In this document: positions 15,234 to 24,900 of the stretch, piece by piece
How positions within the stretch are numbered: the stretch's first letter is position 1
Layout: every line of letters starts with the position of its first letter
DNA from: a virus
Taxonomy: Duplodnaviria > Heunggongvirae > Uroviricota > Caudoviricetes
DNA length: 24,900 bases
Virus record (IMG/VR): IMGVR_UViG_2713896899_000006
Coordinates: 1-24,900 of that record
Direction: 5' to 3' (one strand)
Made by a program: the position numbers and the translations under genes
Notes under the pieces: model-generated
Databases searched by the model: none
Seen by the model: the letters and a program-made list of their open reading frames with translations, nothing else
Told to the model about the DNA's origin: nothing

Positions 15234-15998
15234 ATGAAACTGAAAACAGTAGAGATTAACGGAAAAAAATACGCAGAAATCGACACTGCTGGTCTGCCAG
15301 TTTATGTGCATGATGATGGTAAAGAAATCGGCTTCGATGCACCGCTGGCAGCCAGAAAAATTACAGAACTTAATGGCGAGGCGAAAAATCATCGTCTGGC
15401 TAAAGAGGCCGCAGAGGAAAAACTTGCCAGGTTCGCTGCCATCGATGACCCGAAAAAGGCGGTTGAGGCGCTGGAAATGCTGTCCAAAATTGACCAGAAA
15501 AAACTGATTGATGCGGGACAGGTTGACCAGGTTAAAGCAGAAATTACGAAAAATTTTCAGCAGCAATTAGACGAAGAAAAGCAACGCTCTCAGATGCTGG
15601 AGAAGCAGCTTTACGATTCCATGATTGGCGGTAGTTTTGTCGGTTCAAAATATATTGCCGATAAAATTGCGATCCCGGCAGATTTATTACAGGCCCGCTT
15701 CGGACAGTCATTCAAAGTGGAAGAAGGGAAGATCGTTGCTTATGACGCTTCTGGCAACAAAATTTACTCCCGCACGAAGCCAGGCGAACTGGCGCAGTTT
15801 GATGAGGCGCTGGAGTTCCTCGTCGAAAATTACCCTCAGAAAGACTACATCCTGAAAGCCAGCGGCAACAATGGTGGCGGCTCCCGTCAGACACAGCATG
15901 ATATTGGTCAGAAAACGATGAAGCGATCAGCTTTTGATGCACTGGATGTTGCAGGTAAGCAAAACGCACTGAAAGACGGTATCACTATCGTTGACTAA
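15234..15998 (+). CDS. capsid scaffolding protein, about 254 aa
   Basis: Charged, helix-prone, Ala/Lys/Glu-rich protein directly upstream of the major capsid gene; start at ATG 15234 chosen because the track start at 15162 overlaps the terminator hairpin. Confidence 0.55.
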   Translation: MKLKTVEINGKKYAEIDTAGLPVYVHDDGKEIGFDAPLAARKITELNGEAKNHRLAKEAAEEKLARFAAIDDPKKAVEALEMLSKIDQKKLIDAGQVDQVKAEITKNFQQQLDEEKQRSQMLEKQLYDSMIGGSFVGSKYIADKIAIPADLLQARFGQSFKVEEGKIVAYDASGNKIYSRTKPGELAQFDEALEFLVENYPQKDYILKASGNNGGGSRQTQHDIGQKTMKRSAFDALDVAGKQNALKDGITIVD

Positions 15999-16097
15999 CA
16001 TATTTTGCCAGTCCCTGGATGGGGACTGGCGTCAGGGCTGGATAGCTCACTACTCAATTCATTTACAATTACGCAAAATTTTAAGGAATATTTAATC

Positions 16098-17237
16098 ATG
16101 GCTGGAAATACCCTGACCGGGTTGATCCCGACTATTTACACCGCCCTGGATGTTGTATCCCGTGAGCAGGTAGGTTTTATTCCTGCGGTAGCAAAAAACG
16201 CAAAAGCTGACGCTGCAGCAAAAGATCAGACGGTAACCGCGCCAGTTGCGCCTGATGCGAAAACTGAAGATATTGTACCGGGTCCGTCAGCTCCGAATAC
16301 TGGAGATCAAAATATTGGCACTGTTGATGTAAAAATTACTAAATCTAAAATGGCGCCAGTTAAATGGAATGGTGAAGAACAACTGGCGCTTGGTCCTTCC
16401 GGGACTTACAACACCATTCTGGCGGATCAGTTCAAGCAAGCTTTTCGAGCACTTGCAAACGAGGTTGAGGCTGATCTTGGTGCACTGTATTTCGGTGCTT
16501 CCCGCGCCGTGGGTACTGCAGGGACAACGCCGTTTGGTGTTAAAGATGATCTTTCTGATGCTGCTCTGGCTCGTCAGGTTCTGGAGGATAACGGCGCACC
16601 GACAACCGATCTGCAGATGGTGCTTGGCTCCACTGCCATTGCTTATTTGCGCGGAAAACAGTCTGTACTGTTTAAAGTGAATGAATCCGGCACTGAGCAG
16701 CTACTGCGCGAGGGCGTGTTGGGACGTCTGGAAGGATTCAATATTCACAGTTCGGCAGGTGTAAAACGAGTACCAAAAGCCACTGCAACTGGTTATCTTG
16801 TGAATGGTGAGAAGAAAGAAGGTGATGTTCTTATTTCCATTGATACTGGTTCGGGGAATATTTCGGCAGGGCAGATTGTTACTTTCGATGGCGATCCTAA
16901 TCAGTATGTTGTGGCTGCTGCAACCAGTAATCTGATTACCCTTGCTGCACCAGGTCTACGTCAGGATCTGGCTGATGATACTGCAATCACGGTTGTCGGC
17001 TCATTTACTGCAAATATGGCGTTCGATCGCAACGCATTTCTGTTGGCATCCCGTACTCCGGCAATGCCGGAGGGCGGCGATAGCGCTGATGATGTAATGA
17101 ATGTTACGGACCCAATCTCGGGAATTACATTTCAGATTGCGCTGTATCGTCAGTATCGTCAGGTACGTTATGAAGTTGGGCTGGCATGGGGCGTTTCGTC
17201 AGTGAAACCTGCGCATAGCTGTCTGATTATTGGATAA
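16098..17237 (+). CDS. major capsid protein, about 379 aa
   Basis: ATG at 16098 with AAGGAA upstream; position after scaffold and before a strong terminator; size typical of a major capsid protein. Confidence 0.7.
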   Translation: MAGNTLTGLIPTIYTALDVVSREQVGFIPAVAKNAKADAAAKDQTVTAPVAPDAKTEDIVPGPSAPNTGDQNIGTVDVKITKSKMAPVKWNGEEQLALGPSGTYNTILADQFKQAFRALANEVEADLGALYFGASRAVGTAGTTPFGVKDDLSDAALARQVLEDNGAPTTDLQMVLGSTAIAYLRGKQSVLFKVNESGTEQLLREGVLGRLEGFNIHSSAGVKRVPKATATGYLVNGEKKEGDVLISIDTGSGNISAGQIVTFDGDPNQYVVAAATSNLITLAAPGLRQDLADDTAITVVGSFTANMAFDRNAFLLASRTPAMPEGGDSADDVMNVTDPISGITFQIALYRQYRQVRYEVGLAWGVSSVKPAHSCLIIG

Positions 17238-17241
17238 AATC

Positions 17242-17267
17242 AAAAAGGGGCTTCGGCCCCTTTTTTA
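17242..17267 (+). terminator. strong rho-independent terminator (aaaaaggggc-ttcg-gcccctttttt) after the capsid gene
   Basis: Perfect GC stem, UUCG loop, T6 tail, A-tract upstream (could act bidirectionally). Confidence 0.8.
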
Positions 17268-17278
17268 ATGGAGGGTAT

Positions 17279-17503
17279 ATGGCTGGATTGACTAAAGCTC
17301 AAAGAGCACAGCGTGATGCCGCGCAAAAAAATGCAGTGTCGGAGCGGAAGGCGGCGCAAACCAGGGAACCACAAAAAACACCGATTAAGTTGGTAGTTAT
17401 GATGACCGAGAATCAGATATTCCCCGGCGCCCCAACAATCGCTAATGTTCATCCTGATGAAGTTGACAACTGGAAGGCGCTGGGCTGGAAAACACAGGAG
17501 TAG
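17279..17503 (+). CDS. small hypothetical head-region protein, 74 aa
   Basis: GGAGGG RBS before the ATG at 17279; Ala/Gln/Lys-rich N-terminus. Confidence 0.45.
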   Translation: MAGLTKAQRAQRDAAQKNAVSERKAAQTREPQKTPIKLVVMMTENQIFPGAPTIANVHPDEVDNWKALGWKTQE

Positions 17504-17506
17504 CGC

Positions 17507-17899
17507 ATGATCACTTACGTTACCTGTGATGATGTTGATAATACGCTTGGGAAAAACTGGGCGAATGAGGATGTTAAAAATAAAGCGGTTTTAATGGCCA
17601 ATGCCTGGTTGAATAACTTTAGTCTGAAGGTTGATCCATCCAGTATTCCTGACGAGGTAAAGCTCGCTGGAGCATATGCAGCCAGAGTCGCTTCTGTAGG
17701 TAAGTTATTTCAGCAGAAAAATGATTCTGGTGTTGTTATAAATAAAACTGTGTCGGCTGATGGGGTTAGTGTATCGAAATCATTTGTTGAATTATCAGCA
17801 AACAGCACTGCATTGCTTGAGCCTGATTTACAGCTTGCGCTGGCGCTGCTGAAACCGTACGGACTGAGTCACTCACAAGTCAGGGTTGTGAGGGGGTGA
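17507..17899 (+). CDS. head-tail connector (gp6-like), 130 aa
   Basis: Position and size; N-terminus MITYVTCDDVDNTLG resembles gp6-like head-tail connector proteins. Confidence 0.5.
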   Translation: MITYVTCDDVDNTLGKNWANEDVKNKAVLMANAWLNNFSLKVDPSSIPDEVKLAGAYAARVASVGKLFQQKNDSGVVINKTVSADGVSVSKSFVELSANSTALLEPDLQLALALLKPYGLSHSQVRVVRG

Positions 17900-18285
17900 T
17901 GATGGGGATTCGTGATGAGATTCAGGATGAGGTTACCGCTGCTTTTGATGGTGATTTAGCTGATGCGGTGAATAATTTTTCTGGTTCTTACGTTACGCAC
18001 CAGGATTGGGATCCTGTGGCGGAGACAGGCCGCGAACTTACAACAACATATACCGGACGAGGTGTGTTGGCACGCTATAAGCTTGGCAGAGTTGATGGAA
18101 TTAATATTTTGCACGGTGACCTTAAGTTAACTGCTCTGGCCTGTGAGGTTGCGGATAAACCTGCTATCGGACATATTATTGAGACTTATGACCCTGTATC
18201 AAGGCAGTTACAACGATATGAGATAATTACAGTACGTGTAGATCCTTCCGCATCGGTTTATTCTATCCAGTTAAGGAGAAAGTAA
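17896..18285 (+). CDS. head-tail joining (head closure/adaptor) protein, 129 aa
   Basis: ATGA overlap with the upstream gene; synteny. Confidence 0.45.
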   Translation: MMMGIRDEIQDEVTAAFDGDLADAVNNFSGSYVTHQDWDPVAETGRELTTTYTGRGVLARYKLGRVDGINILHGDLKLTALACEVADKPAIGHIIETYDPVSRQLQRYEIITVRVDPSASVYSIQLRRK

Positions 18286-18666
18286 ATGGCAAAGGCATGG
18301 GATCTGGAACCGTCAATATTTGTTGGGATGATTGAGGAAGATGTAGGACTGAAAATTCGCTACATCGCTATTCAGATTCTTACAGCTATTGATATTGCCG
18401 CTCCGGTTGATACCGGGCGTTTCAGAAATAATAATCTGGTATCGTTACAGCACCCAGATTTTAGTATATCTGATAATGTGGATCCGAATGGCACGATTGC
18501 ACTTCAACGTGGAATCGGGGTTATTTCAAAAGCGGCGAATTACGGAATCATCTACATCCAGAATAACCTGCCTTATGCCGAATCTATTGAGGATGGACAT
18601 TCTCAACAAGCGCCAACAGGTGTATATGCTAATGCTTTTAATGGTGTTTCGCAGATTTATAAATGA
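18286..18666 (+). CDS. tail-component protein (HK97 gp10-like), 126 aa
   Basis: Contains a VDTGRFR motif resembling the HK97 gp10 family; synteny. Confidence 0.5.
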   Translation: MAKAWDLEPSIFVGMIEEDVGLKIRYIAIQILTAIDIAAPVDTGRFRNNNLVSLQHPDFSISDNVDPNGTIALQRGIGVISKAANYGIIYIQNNLPYAESIEDGHSQQAPTGVYANAFNGVSQIYK

Positions 18667-19055
18667 CTTTTACTGAAATCAGAAATGCTGTTATTTCCAG
18701 AATGACGGCACAGACGGTTATTGATGGAAAAGATGTATTATATCCAAACGGGCCAACATTCGATCCGTCAGGTAAGTTAATCTGGGCGCGGTTAAGTGAT
18801 ATCCCCGGTCTGGCTGGGACTAATGAAATTGGTGCGGGGCCGCTTGTTTATCGCACGGGGATAATTATTATTCAGTTATTTGTTCCCGCAGGCACTGGCT
18901 CAAAACTTATTACTGAGACGGCGGATAAATTGCGGGAATTGTTTGAATTTCAGGATGATGATCGTCTCAGCTACCAGGCTGTTTCCTCAATAGCCGTTGG
19001 TGAAAAGAATGGCTGGTTCCAGCTTAATCTTCAAATTCCATATCGAGCGCTCTAG
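18663..19055 (+). CDS. tail completion/terminator-like protein, 130 aa
   Basis: ATGA overlap with the upstream gene; position immediately before the major tail protein. Confidence 0.45.
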   Translation: MTFTEIRNAVISRMTAQTVIDGKDVLYPNGPTFDPSGKLIWARLSDIPGLAGTNEIGAGPLVYRTGIIIIQLFVPAGTGSKLITETADKLRELFEFQDDDRLSYQAVSSIAVGEKNGWFQLNLQIPYRAL

Positions 19056-19081
19056 CGCAATTAATGACATAGGAGGCTCCT

Positions 19082-20044
19082 GTGAGTTCAGGTGCAAAGG
19101 TTATCTCGGCATTTATCCGGGAGACAATTGCAGGCACCACGCCAGCTAGTGGTGACTGGAGTTTATTAAAGCGCACAAGCTGGGGAGTAAAACCAACCCA
19201 GAATAAAGGCGAAAATAATGAGATCGGTGGTTCTCGTATGGCTCAGGGGGCGACGCCTGGCACTGTGGATGTCGGCGGTGATGTTGGTACCAAATTTCGC
19301 TGGGGCCAACATGATGATTTCCTTGCATCCTGTTTTGGCGCGGAATGGTCAGGAGATTCTCTGACTATGGGGAATGAGCGAATAACATTTTCTCTGGCAA
19401 CATATGCGTCAGATGTGGGAATTGCCTCTATCGTCAGGGGGGCACAGGTTGGATCGTGGAAAATGCAGATTCCTAACGACGGTGATATTACTGCGACAGT
19501 CACTTTTGCCGGGCTGGACTGGGAATCAAAGGCCGATGATACAAATTTTATCAAAGGCGAGCCTGTAGATAGTGCAGGAAAGTTACGTTATTCGTTTAAG
19601 GAAGTTTCAGCAGTAAGTCTGAATGGTGTTGCCGGAGGTAACGGTTTTTGTATCGACAGCTTTGATATCCAGTTCGATAACAAACTTCAGACCCAGCGTT
19701 GTGTCGGGACTGGTTCTCCTTATGCAGGAGCAAATATTCCGACTACTTTTACACCGTCCGGTACGGTGACGCTTTCATGGTCTAAAGCCGCGTGGGAAAT
19801 CTGGAGTAAAACATTAACTGGAGAAACAGTTCCGTTCAGCTTCACGCTTTCGAATGGAGAGGGGGCATATACTTTCAGTTTCCCGAAGGTTCAGATATCA
19901 GGTGAATGGCCTGACGGCGGTAATACCGATATTATCCAGGTCCAGTTGAGTATTACCGCTGCTGACGAAGCGCCAACTATCACCAGAAAAAAAGCTTCCC
20001 CGGCTGCAGTGATTGCAAAAGCCAGTGCTGAGTCGATTAGTTGA
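19082..20044 (+). CDS. major tail (tube) protein, 320 aa
   Basis: GTG start with AGGAGG upstream; Gly/Thr/Ser-rich composition; located upstream of the G/GT chaperone pair and tape measure. Confidence 0.6.
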   Translation: MSSGAKVISAFIRETIAGTTPASGDWSLLKRTSWGVKPTQNKGENNEIGGSRMAQGATPGTVDVGGDVGTKFRWGQHDDFLASCFGAEWSGDSLTMGNERITFSLATYASDVGIASIVRGAQVGSWKMQIPNDGDITATVTFAGLDWESKADDTNFIKGEPVDSAGKLRYSFKEVSAVSLNGVAGGNGFCIDSFDIQFDNKLQTQRCVGTGSPYAGANIPTTFTPSGTVTLSWSKAAWEIWSKTLTGETVPFSFTLSNGEGAYTFSFPKVQISGEWPDGGNTDIIQVQLSITAADEAPTITRKKASPAAVIAKASAESIS

Positions 20045-20104
20045 TTTTCCGTTATTCCCCCTGTGGTATTGCGCTACAGGGTGGTGTTTTGAATGAGGTT
20101 ATAG

Positions 20105-20656
20105 ATGTTTATTCTTGAACAGAAAACTATCATCGGTGGAGAACGCTGGTTTACGCCAATGAAGGACTTAGAACCTATTGCTGGGTTACAACTGTTGGTG
20201 GCAAGCAGTGATAATGATCAGTATCGCTCCCGTAATGCATTAATCCGTCGCCACATTGAGAAAATGGATGCCAGTTTGCATGTCGGAACGAAGGCGTTTG
20301 ATATTGCAAAGGTCGTCGAGGTGGACTCTGTTGATGATTTACTCATTGATAACGCCGCTCGTTATCTGCTGAAAGACTGGAAAGGGGTTGGAGAGCTGGT
20401 AGATGGTGTTGAGGTCGCGCTGGAATATACACCAGAAAGAGGTGCTGCGCTGCTCAAGCAGAATCCAGAGTTGTACTGGCAAATCCTTACAGAAGCCGCC
20501 AGAATCGCCCAGGGAAAAGAGCAGCAAAAGCAGGATACGATAAAAAAGCCATTGCCGCCCAGCGGTGGATATCGGAGTTCGGGGGAGAAAAGGGTGAAAA
20601 GGCAAGGTGGAAACGAGAAAAGCTCAGGTTGCCGCCGCTCCCGGAGCCAGAAATAG
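20105..20656 (+). CDS. G: tail assembly chaperone G, 183 aa
   Basis: Position directly before the tape measure gene; an overlapping -1 frame ORF continues past its stop. Confidence 0.7.
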   Translation: MFILEQKTIIGGERWFTPMKDLEPIAGLQLLVASSDNDQYRSRNALIRRHIEKMDASLHVGTKAFDIAKVVEVDSVDDLLIDNAARYLLKDWKGVGELVDGVEVALEYTPERGAALLKQNPELYWQILTEAARIAQGKEQQKQDTIKKPLPPSGGYRSSGEKRVKRQGGNEKSSGCRRSRSQK

Positions 20657-20862
20657 ACCCGGTTATTAGGGAATTGTTGTACGCCTATTCGGTGATATCC
20701 CGTGCCCGGCGTTATGCTGGAATGGCTGGGGTGCCTTTGCCTTTATCTCTGTCAGAGATAAATGAATATTTAGCCACTCATCCGGTATTGATTGAGCGCG
20801 ATGAATTTGAAGCAGTGATCTTTGCACTGGATGACCAGTATTTTCAGGAGCAGTGTGTGTAG
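20105..20862 (+). CDS. GT: tail assembly chaperone GT fusion, produced by -1 programmed frameshift at 20542-20548
   Basis: The -1 frame is open from well upstream of the slippery site to 20862 (track ORF 20629..20862); A_AAA_AAG is in the correct register with the G zero frame. Confidence 0.6.
20542..20548 (+). promoter_or_regulatory. -1 programmed ribosomal frameshift slippery heptamer A_AAA_AAG
   Basis: Zero-frame codons AAA (20543-45) and AAG (20546-48) preceded by A; the same heptamer as the E. coli dnaX frameshift site; conserved G/GT position. Confidence 0.6.
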
Positions 20863-20982
20863 TTGTTAATTACGTACACTCTGTTACAGAGATGTGATAG
20901 TGTCTTTAATTAAATCGATGATGCTCCTGGAGAAAAGCATTGCGTGGCCTCGTAATCGCTATATCTACTATTATGTCGCCTG

Positions 20983-21008
20983 AAACCCACTTCGGTGGGT
21001 TTTTTTGT
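20983..21008 (+). terminator. terminator-like hairpin (aaacccac-ttcg-gtgggttt + T8) in the 164-nt gap between GT and the tape measure gene
   Basis: GC stem, UUCG loop, tttttttt tail; unusual placement inside a tail operon. Confidence 0.55.
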
Positions 21009-21026
21009 TGTCAGGAGTTTTAATAA

Positions 21027-24000
21027 ATGGCAGAGCAGACCTCACGTCTTGCAATAATTATTGATAGCTCTGGAGCGAAAAATAATGCTGATAATCTGAC
21101 CTCATCATTAGTCAAAATGACTCAGGCCGGGGAAACTGCTGCAAATAGCGCAGGGAAAGTGACTAAGGCAACAGAAGACGAGAAGAACGCGCTCGCAAAA
21201 TTAAAAGCAGCTATTGATCCAGTTGGTGCCGCAATTGATACTGTCGGTCGACGCTATTCTGAATTAAAGAAATATTTCGATAAAGGGCTTATTGATAAAG
21301 AAGAATATGAATTTCTTGCCCGTAAACTTAATGAAACCACAGAGGAATTGAGCGGGGTTGCGCAAGCGCAGAGAGAGGCCGAGAAGGCCGGAAAACTTGC
21401 TGCCGCCCAGCAGGAAGCGCAGGCTCAGGCCTTTCAAAGAATGCTGGACAAGATCGACCCTCTGGCTGCGGCGCTAAGAAATCTTGATCAACAGCAGGAT
21501 GAACTTAATGCTGCACTTTTTTCCGGGAAAATAAATGGCTCTCAGTTTGATAATTACAGCCGAAAAATACAGGAAACGCGGCGAGAGCTAACAGGAGAGG
21601 CTCAGGCAGAACGAGAAGCAGCAAAAGCGCATGATGAACAAGTTGCTGCTTTGCAACGTCTGATTGCTCAACTCGATCCTGTTGGAACAGCTTTTAACCG
21701 CCTGACAGAGCAGCAAAAGCAACTCAGCGAAGCAAAAGCCAAGGGGATGCTTTCTCCTGAAATGTATGAGGAGCTTTCAGGAAAACTCCATGCTATGCGG
21801 AGTGAGCTTGAGGTTACTCAATCGCAACTCAGCAAAACCGGAATGTCAGCAAAACAAACGGCTTTTGCTATGCGCATGTTGCCTGCACAAATGACGGATA
21901 TTGTTGTTGGGTTGTCCACTGGTCAGTCGCCATTTATGGTGTTAATGCAGCAGGGCGGCCAGCTAAAAGATATGTTCGGTGGGATTGGCCCGGCGATCAA
22001 AGGTGTTGGTTCTTATGTGCTGGGATTAATTAATCCTTTTACCCTGGCCGCAGCAGCCGTTGGCGCCTTGGGGCTAGCTTACTATAAAGGTTCTCAGGAG
22101 CAGGACGAATTTAATAAATCTCTTATTCTTACCGGAAATCAGTTGGGGACAACCAGCGGGCAATTAGCCGATATAGCTCAACGTGCCGGGGATGCTGCTG
22201 ATTCGACAACTGGCGCTGCGGCGGCAGTATTAAACCAGCTTGTGCGTTCGGGAAAGGTCGCGAGCAGTTCGCTGGAGCAGGTGACGACAGCGATAGTAAA
22301 AACGAGCGAATTAACTGGAATATCGACCGATCAACTGGTTAATAATTTCAATGAAATTGCAAAGGATCCTGTCAGTGCCATATCAAAACTTAATGATCAG
22401 TACCATTTTCTGACACTGGCGACTTATAACCAGATTAAGGCGCTACAGGATGAAGGGAACCAGCAGGAGGCCGCCCGCATTGCGACAGAAGCATACTCAT
22501 CCTCAATGATCCAGCGCACCAACCAGATTAAAGAAAATCTTGGTTATCTTGAGACTGCATGGAAAGCTGTCGCAGACTCCGCAAAATGGGCATGGGATTC
22601 CATGCTGGATATTGGCCGTGAGGCCTCCCTTGATCAAAAAATCTCAGATGTTCTCCGTCAAATTGATGAAATAGAAAAAAATACCCGACCCGGAGTTTTC
22701 GGGTTAGGTGGCATTGGAGATGGCGGAGCTCAAAATAAAAGGCTGGCACGATTAAAGCAGCAATTGGGCGTACTTCAAGCAGAAAAAATTGCTCAGGACG
22801 TACTAAATTCATCAATAAACGATTACAACAAGCGACAACAGGAAGGAATTGAACTCAGACAGAGAGCAGATGCCTTTTCAAAACAATATCAGACCCGGGA
22901 GCAGCAGAGAGCTAGTGAACTTGCAAAACTGGAAAAACTAAAGAGTCAGTATTCAAAGGAAGAATATAATAATCTTATCGCTCAAATAAATGAGCGTTAT
23001 AAAGATCCAAAGCAACCAAAGGCGAAAGGTTATTCGGATGATGCTGCCCAACGAATGATTGATCATCTGAATCAACAGAATGCGTTACTAAGTTCACAAA
23101 CTGAATTAACCGTTAAATTAAGTTCCTCTGAACAGGAACTGGTTAAGTGGCGTCAGCAGATTGCCGACCTGGAGTCACGACCGTCATCGAAATTAACCAA
23201 GGATCAGAAATCGCTTCTCTTACACCGGGAAGAAATAACCGCGTTGATGGAGAAAAATGTTGCGATTGAAAAAAATAACAGGCTAATCAAGGAATTCGCC
23301 GAAATAGCTGCATGGCGTGATTCATTGCAGGCTTCGATTGATAATCGTCAACAGGGGTATGATATTCAGATTGCTGGTTATGGGGTTGGCGATAAAAATC
23401 AGCAACGCCAGCAGGAATTACTGCGGATTGAACGTGAATATAACAATCAGCGTCTGCAACTTGAACGTGACTATGCAGATAAATCCCGTGGGATGTCAAA
23501 TCATGTTTTTCAGGAGAAAATGCAGGCTCTGAATGATGCTCTGGAACGAGAAAAAGAAATTGTCAGACAGAAAAACGAGCAGCTCGATATTCAGGCAGGA
23601 GACTGGGTTAGTGGTGCCTCCCAGGGATTCAATAACTGGTTGGATAACACTAAGGATATCAGCGGGCAGATAAAATCAACCACGACTCAGATGTTTGATG
23701 GGATGACAGATGCGCTTGGTGATTTTGTCACGACAGGCAAGGCAAATTTTCGTTCTTTCGCTACCTCCGTGATTTCAGATCTTAGCAGAATAGCATTAAA
23801 GGCCTCAATTACCGGGATTTTCGACAGCATTAGCAACAGTTCTTCTGGGGGGATTTTAGGAACTATCGGAAGTGCTGTTAGTAAATTTATTCCTAATGCA
23901 AAGGGCGGTGTTTATGAGTCTCCATCATTGAGTACATATTCAAACGGTATTTATGATTCCCCGCAATTTTTTGCTTTTGCAAAAGGTGCTGGTGTTTTTG

Positions 24001-24260
24001 GTGAGGCTGGACCGGAAGCTATTATGCCATTAACACGAACTTCCGATGGTTCTCTTGGTGTCAGGGCGATTAATAATAAAGGCGGTAATGGAGGCGGAGA
24101 CATTAATTACTCTCCTGTATATCAAATTACTATCAAAAATGACGGACAGAATGGAGAGATTGGCCCTCAGGCAATTAGAACACTTATGGGAATGGTTGAT
24201 CAGCGAGTGCAGGGCACTTTGTTAAATATGCGACGTGATGGAGGAATGTTAAGTGGCTGA
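21027..24260 (+). CDS. H: tail tape measure protein, lambda H-like, 1077 aa
   Basis: AGGAG RBS; internal segment [40 protein letters not shown] and C-terminus [17 protein letters not shown]...RRDGGMLSG resemble lambda gpH from memory; long coiled-coil-rich middle. Confidence 0.85.
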   Translation: MAEQTSRLAIIIDSSGAKNNADNLTSSLVKMTQAGETAANSAGKVTKATEDEKNALAKLKAAIDPVGAAIDTVGRRYSELKKYFDKGLIDKEEYEFLARKLNETTEELSGVAQAQREAEKAGKLAAAQQEAQAQAFQRMLDKIDPLAAALRNLDQQQDELNAALFSGKINGSQFDNYSRKIQETRRELTGEAQAEREAAKAHDEQVAALQRLIAQLDPVGTAFNRLTEQQKQLSEAKAKGMLSPEMYEELSGKLHAMRSELEVTQSQLSKTGMSAKQTAFAMRMLPAQMTDIVVGLSTGQSPFMVLMQQGGQLKDMFGGIGPAIKGVGSYVLGLINPFTLAAAAVGALGLAYYKGSQEQDEFNKSLILTGNQLGTTSGQLADIAQRAGDAADSTTGAAAAVLNQLVRSGKVASSSLEQVTTAIVKTSELTGISTDQLVNNFNEIAKDPVSAISKLNDQYHFLTLATYNQIKALQDEGNQQEAARIATEAYSSSMIQRTNQIKENLGYLETAWKAVADSAKWAWDSMLDIGREASLDQKISDVLRQIDEIEKNTRPGVFGLGGIGDGGAQNKRLARLKQQLGVLQAEKIAQDVLNSSINDYNKRQQEGIELRQRADAFSKQYQTREQQRASELAKLEKLKSQYSKEEYNNLIAQINERYKDPKQPKAKGYSDDAAQRMIDHLNQQNALLSSQTELTVKLSSSEQELVKWRQQIADLESRPSSKLTKDQKSLLLHREEITALMEKNVAIEKNNRLIKEFAEIAAWRDSLQASIDNRQQGYDIQIAGYGVGDKNQQRQQELLRIEREYNNQRLQLERDYADKSRGMSNHVFQEKMQALNDALEREKEIVRQKNEQLDIQAGDWVSGASQGFNNWLDNTKDISGQIKSTTTQMFDGMTDALGDFVTTGKANFRSFATSVISDLSRIALKASITGIFDSISNSSSGGILGTIGSAVSKFIPNAKGGVYESPSLSTYSNGIYDSPQFFAFAKGAGVFGEAGPEAIMPLTRTSDGSLGVRAINNKGGNGGGDINYSPVYQITIKNDGQNGEIGPQAIRTLMGMVDQRVQGTLLNMRRDGGMLSG

Positions 24261-24288
24261 AGAATTCCACTGGTTACCAGAGGATGGA

Positions 24289-24585
24289 ATGAAAACAGAA
24301 AATAAACCATCGATAAAAACTGTAAGATTTGGCGATGGTTATGAGCAACGAAGTCCAAATGGACTTAATCATTCTCTACGTGTTTTTACCTGTGATTTCA
24401 AGGTTGAGGCGAATGAACGTGATTCATTCGAAAATTTTTTAGCACGGCATGGAGGCTATAAATCTTTTTTTTGGCGTCCACCTGGTGTTAACAGAAAAAT
24501 CAGAGTGGTGTGTCGAACGTGGTCAGCTACAGAACATATCACCTATACCGATTTTTCGTGTCAGTTTGATGAAGTGGTGATCTGA
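24289..24585 (+). CDS. M: minor tail protein M (lambda gpM-like), 98 aa
   Basis: MKTENKPSIKTVRFGDGYEQRSPNGLN... resembles lambda gpM (MKTFRW...VRKVRFGDGYSQRAPAGLN); GAGGA upstream; stop overlaps the next start (TGATG). Confidence 0.8.
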   Translation: MKTENKPSIKTVRFGDGYEQRSPNGLNHSLRVFTCDFKVEANERDSFENFLARHGGYKSFFWRPPGVNRKIRVVCRTWSATEHITYTDFSCQFDEVVI

Positions 24586-24900
24586 TGCAGGATATCCGGC
24601 AGGAAACACTGAATGAGTGTACAAAAGCGGAGCAATCCGCGCTGATCGTGCTCTGGGAAGTCGATCTGACAGAGGTCGGCGGAGAGCGTTATTTTTTCTG
24701 TAATGAGCAGAACGAAAAAGGCGAACCAGTCACCTGGCAGGGGCGGCAGTATCAGGCGTACCCCATTCAGGGGAGCGGATTTGAGATGAACGGTAAAGGA
24801 GCCAGCGCCAGGCCAACTCTGAAAGTCTCTAATCTGCACGGCATGGTCACCGGGATGGTGGAAGATTTGCAGAGTCTGGTCGGAGGAACGGTGGTCAGGC
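24585..24900 (+). CDS. L: minor tail protein L (lambda gpL-like), 5' portion only; runs off the window end
   Basis: MQDIRQETLNECTKAEQSALIVLWEVDLTEVGGERYFFCNEQNEKGEPVTWQGRQYQAYPIQGSGFEMNGKG... is near-identical by recall to lambda gpL; absent from the ORF track because no stop lies within the window. Confidence 0.85.
   Translation, partial: MQDIRQETLNECTKAEQSALIVLWEVDLTEVGGERYFFCNEQNEKGEPVTWQGRQYQAYPIQGSGFEMNGKGASARPTLKVSNLHGMVTGMVEDLQSLVGGTVVR

Noticed and set aside
1-24900. CRISPR arrays or integrase/attachment-site features
   Set aside because: No regularly spaced direct repeats with unique spacers seen; no integrase-like ORF or tRNA-associated att site in this window (the prophage ends lie outside it).

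Overview
This window reads as about 25 kb of a mosaic lambdoid prophage from an enterobacterial (E. coli-like) host, running from the late early region into the tail genes. Almost every gene is on the + strand, in this order: three small nin-region-like genes; an AT-rich two-gene cassette on the minus strand (soluble ~310-aa protein plus a 4-TM membrane protein); a hok-family type I toxin; DUF1367-like and DUF1364-like (YbcN/YbcO-like) genes; a Q-type antiterminator; a late promoter/terminator region; a lysis cassette (holin, lambda R-like endolysin, overlapping Rz/Rz1 spanins); a ParB-like nuclease-domain gene and a GT-A-like gene; an unusually long small terminase; a large terminase whose P-loop is interrupted by an intein; portal, Mu-F-like head protein, scaffold, major capsid, head-tail joining genes, major tail, G/GT chaperone with a -1 frameshift site, lambda H-like tape measure, and lambda M/L-like minor tail genes (L truncated at the window end). 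Two things stand out. First, the intein in the large terminase carries a complete HNH endonuclease gene on the opposite strand, with its own ribosome-binding site. Second, the AT-rich antisense cassette at the moron position looks like an uncharacterised sensor-plus-membrane-effector module. All family assignments rest on motif recognition and recall of known sequences, not on database searches; I found no tRNA or CRISPR array.
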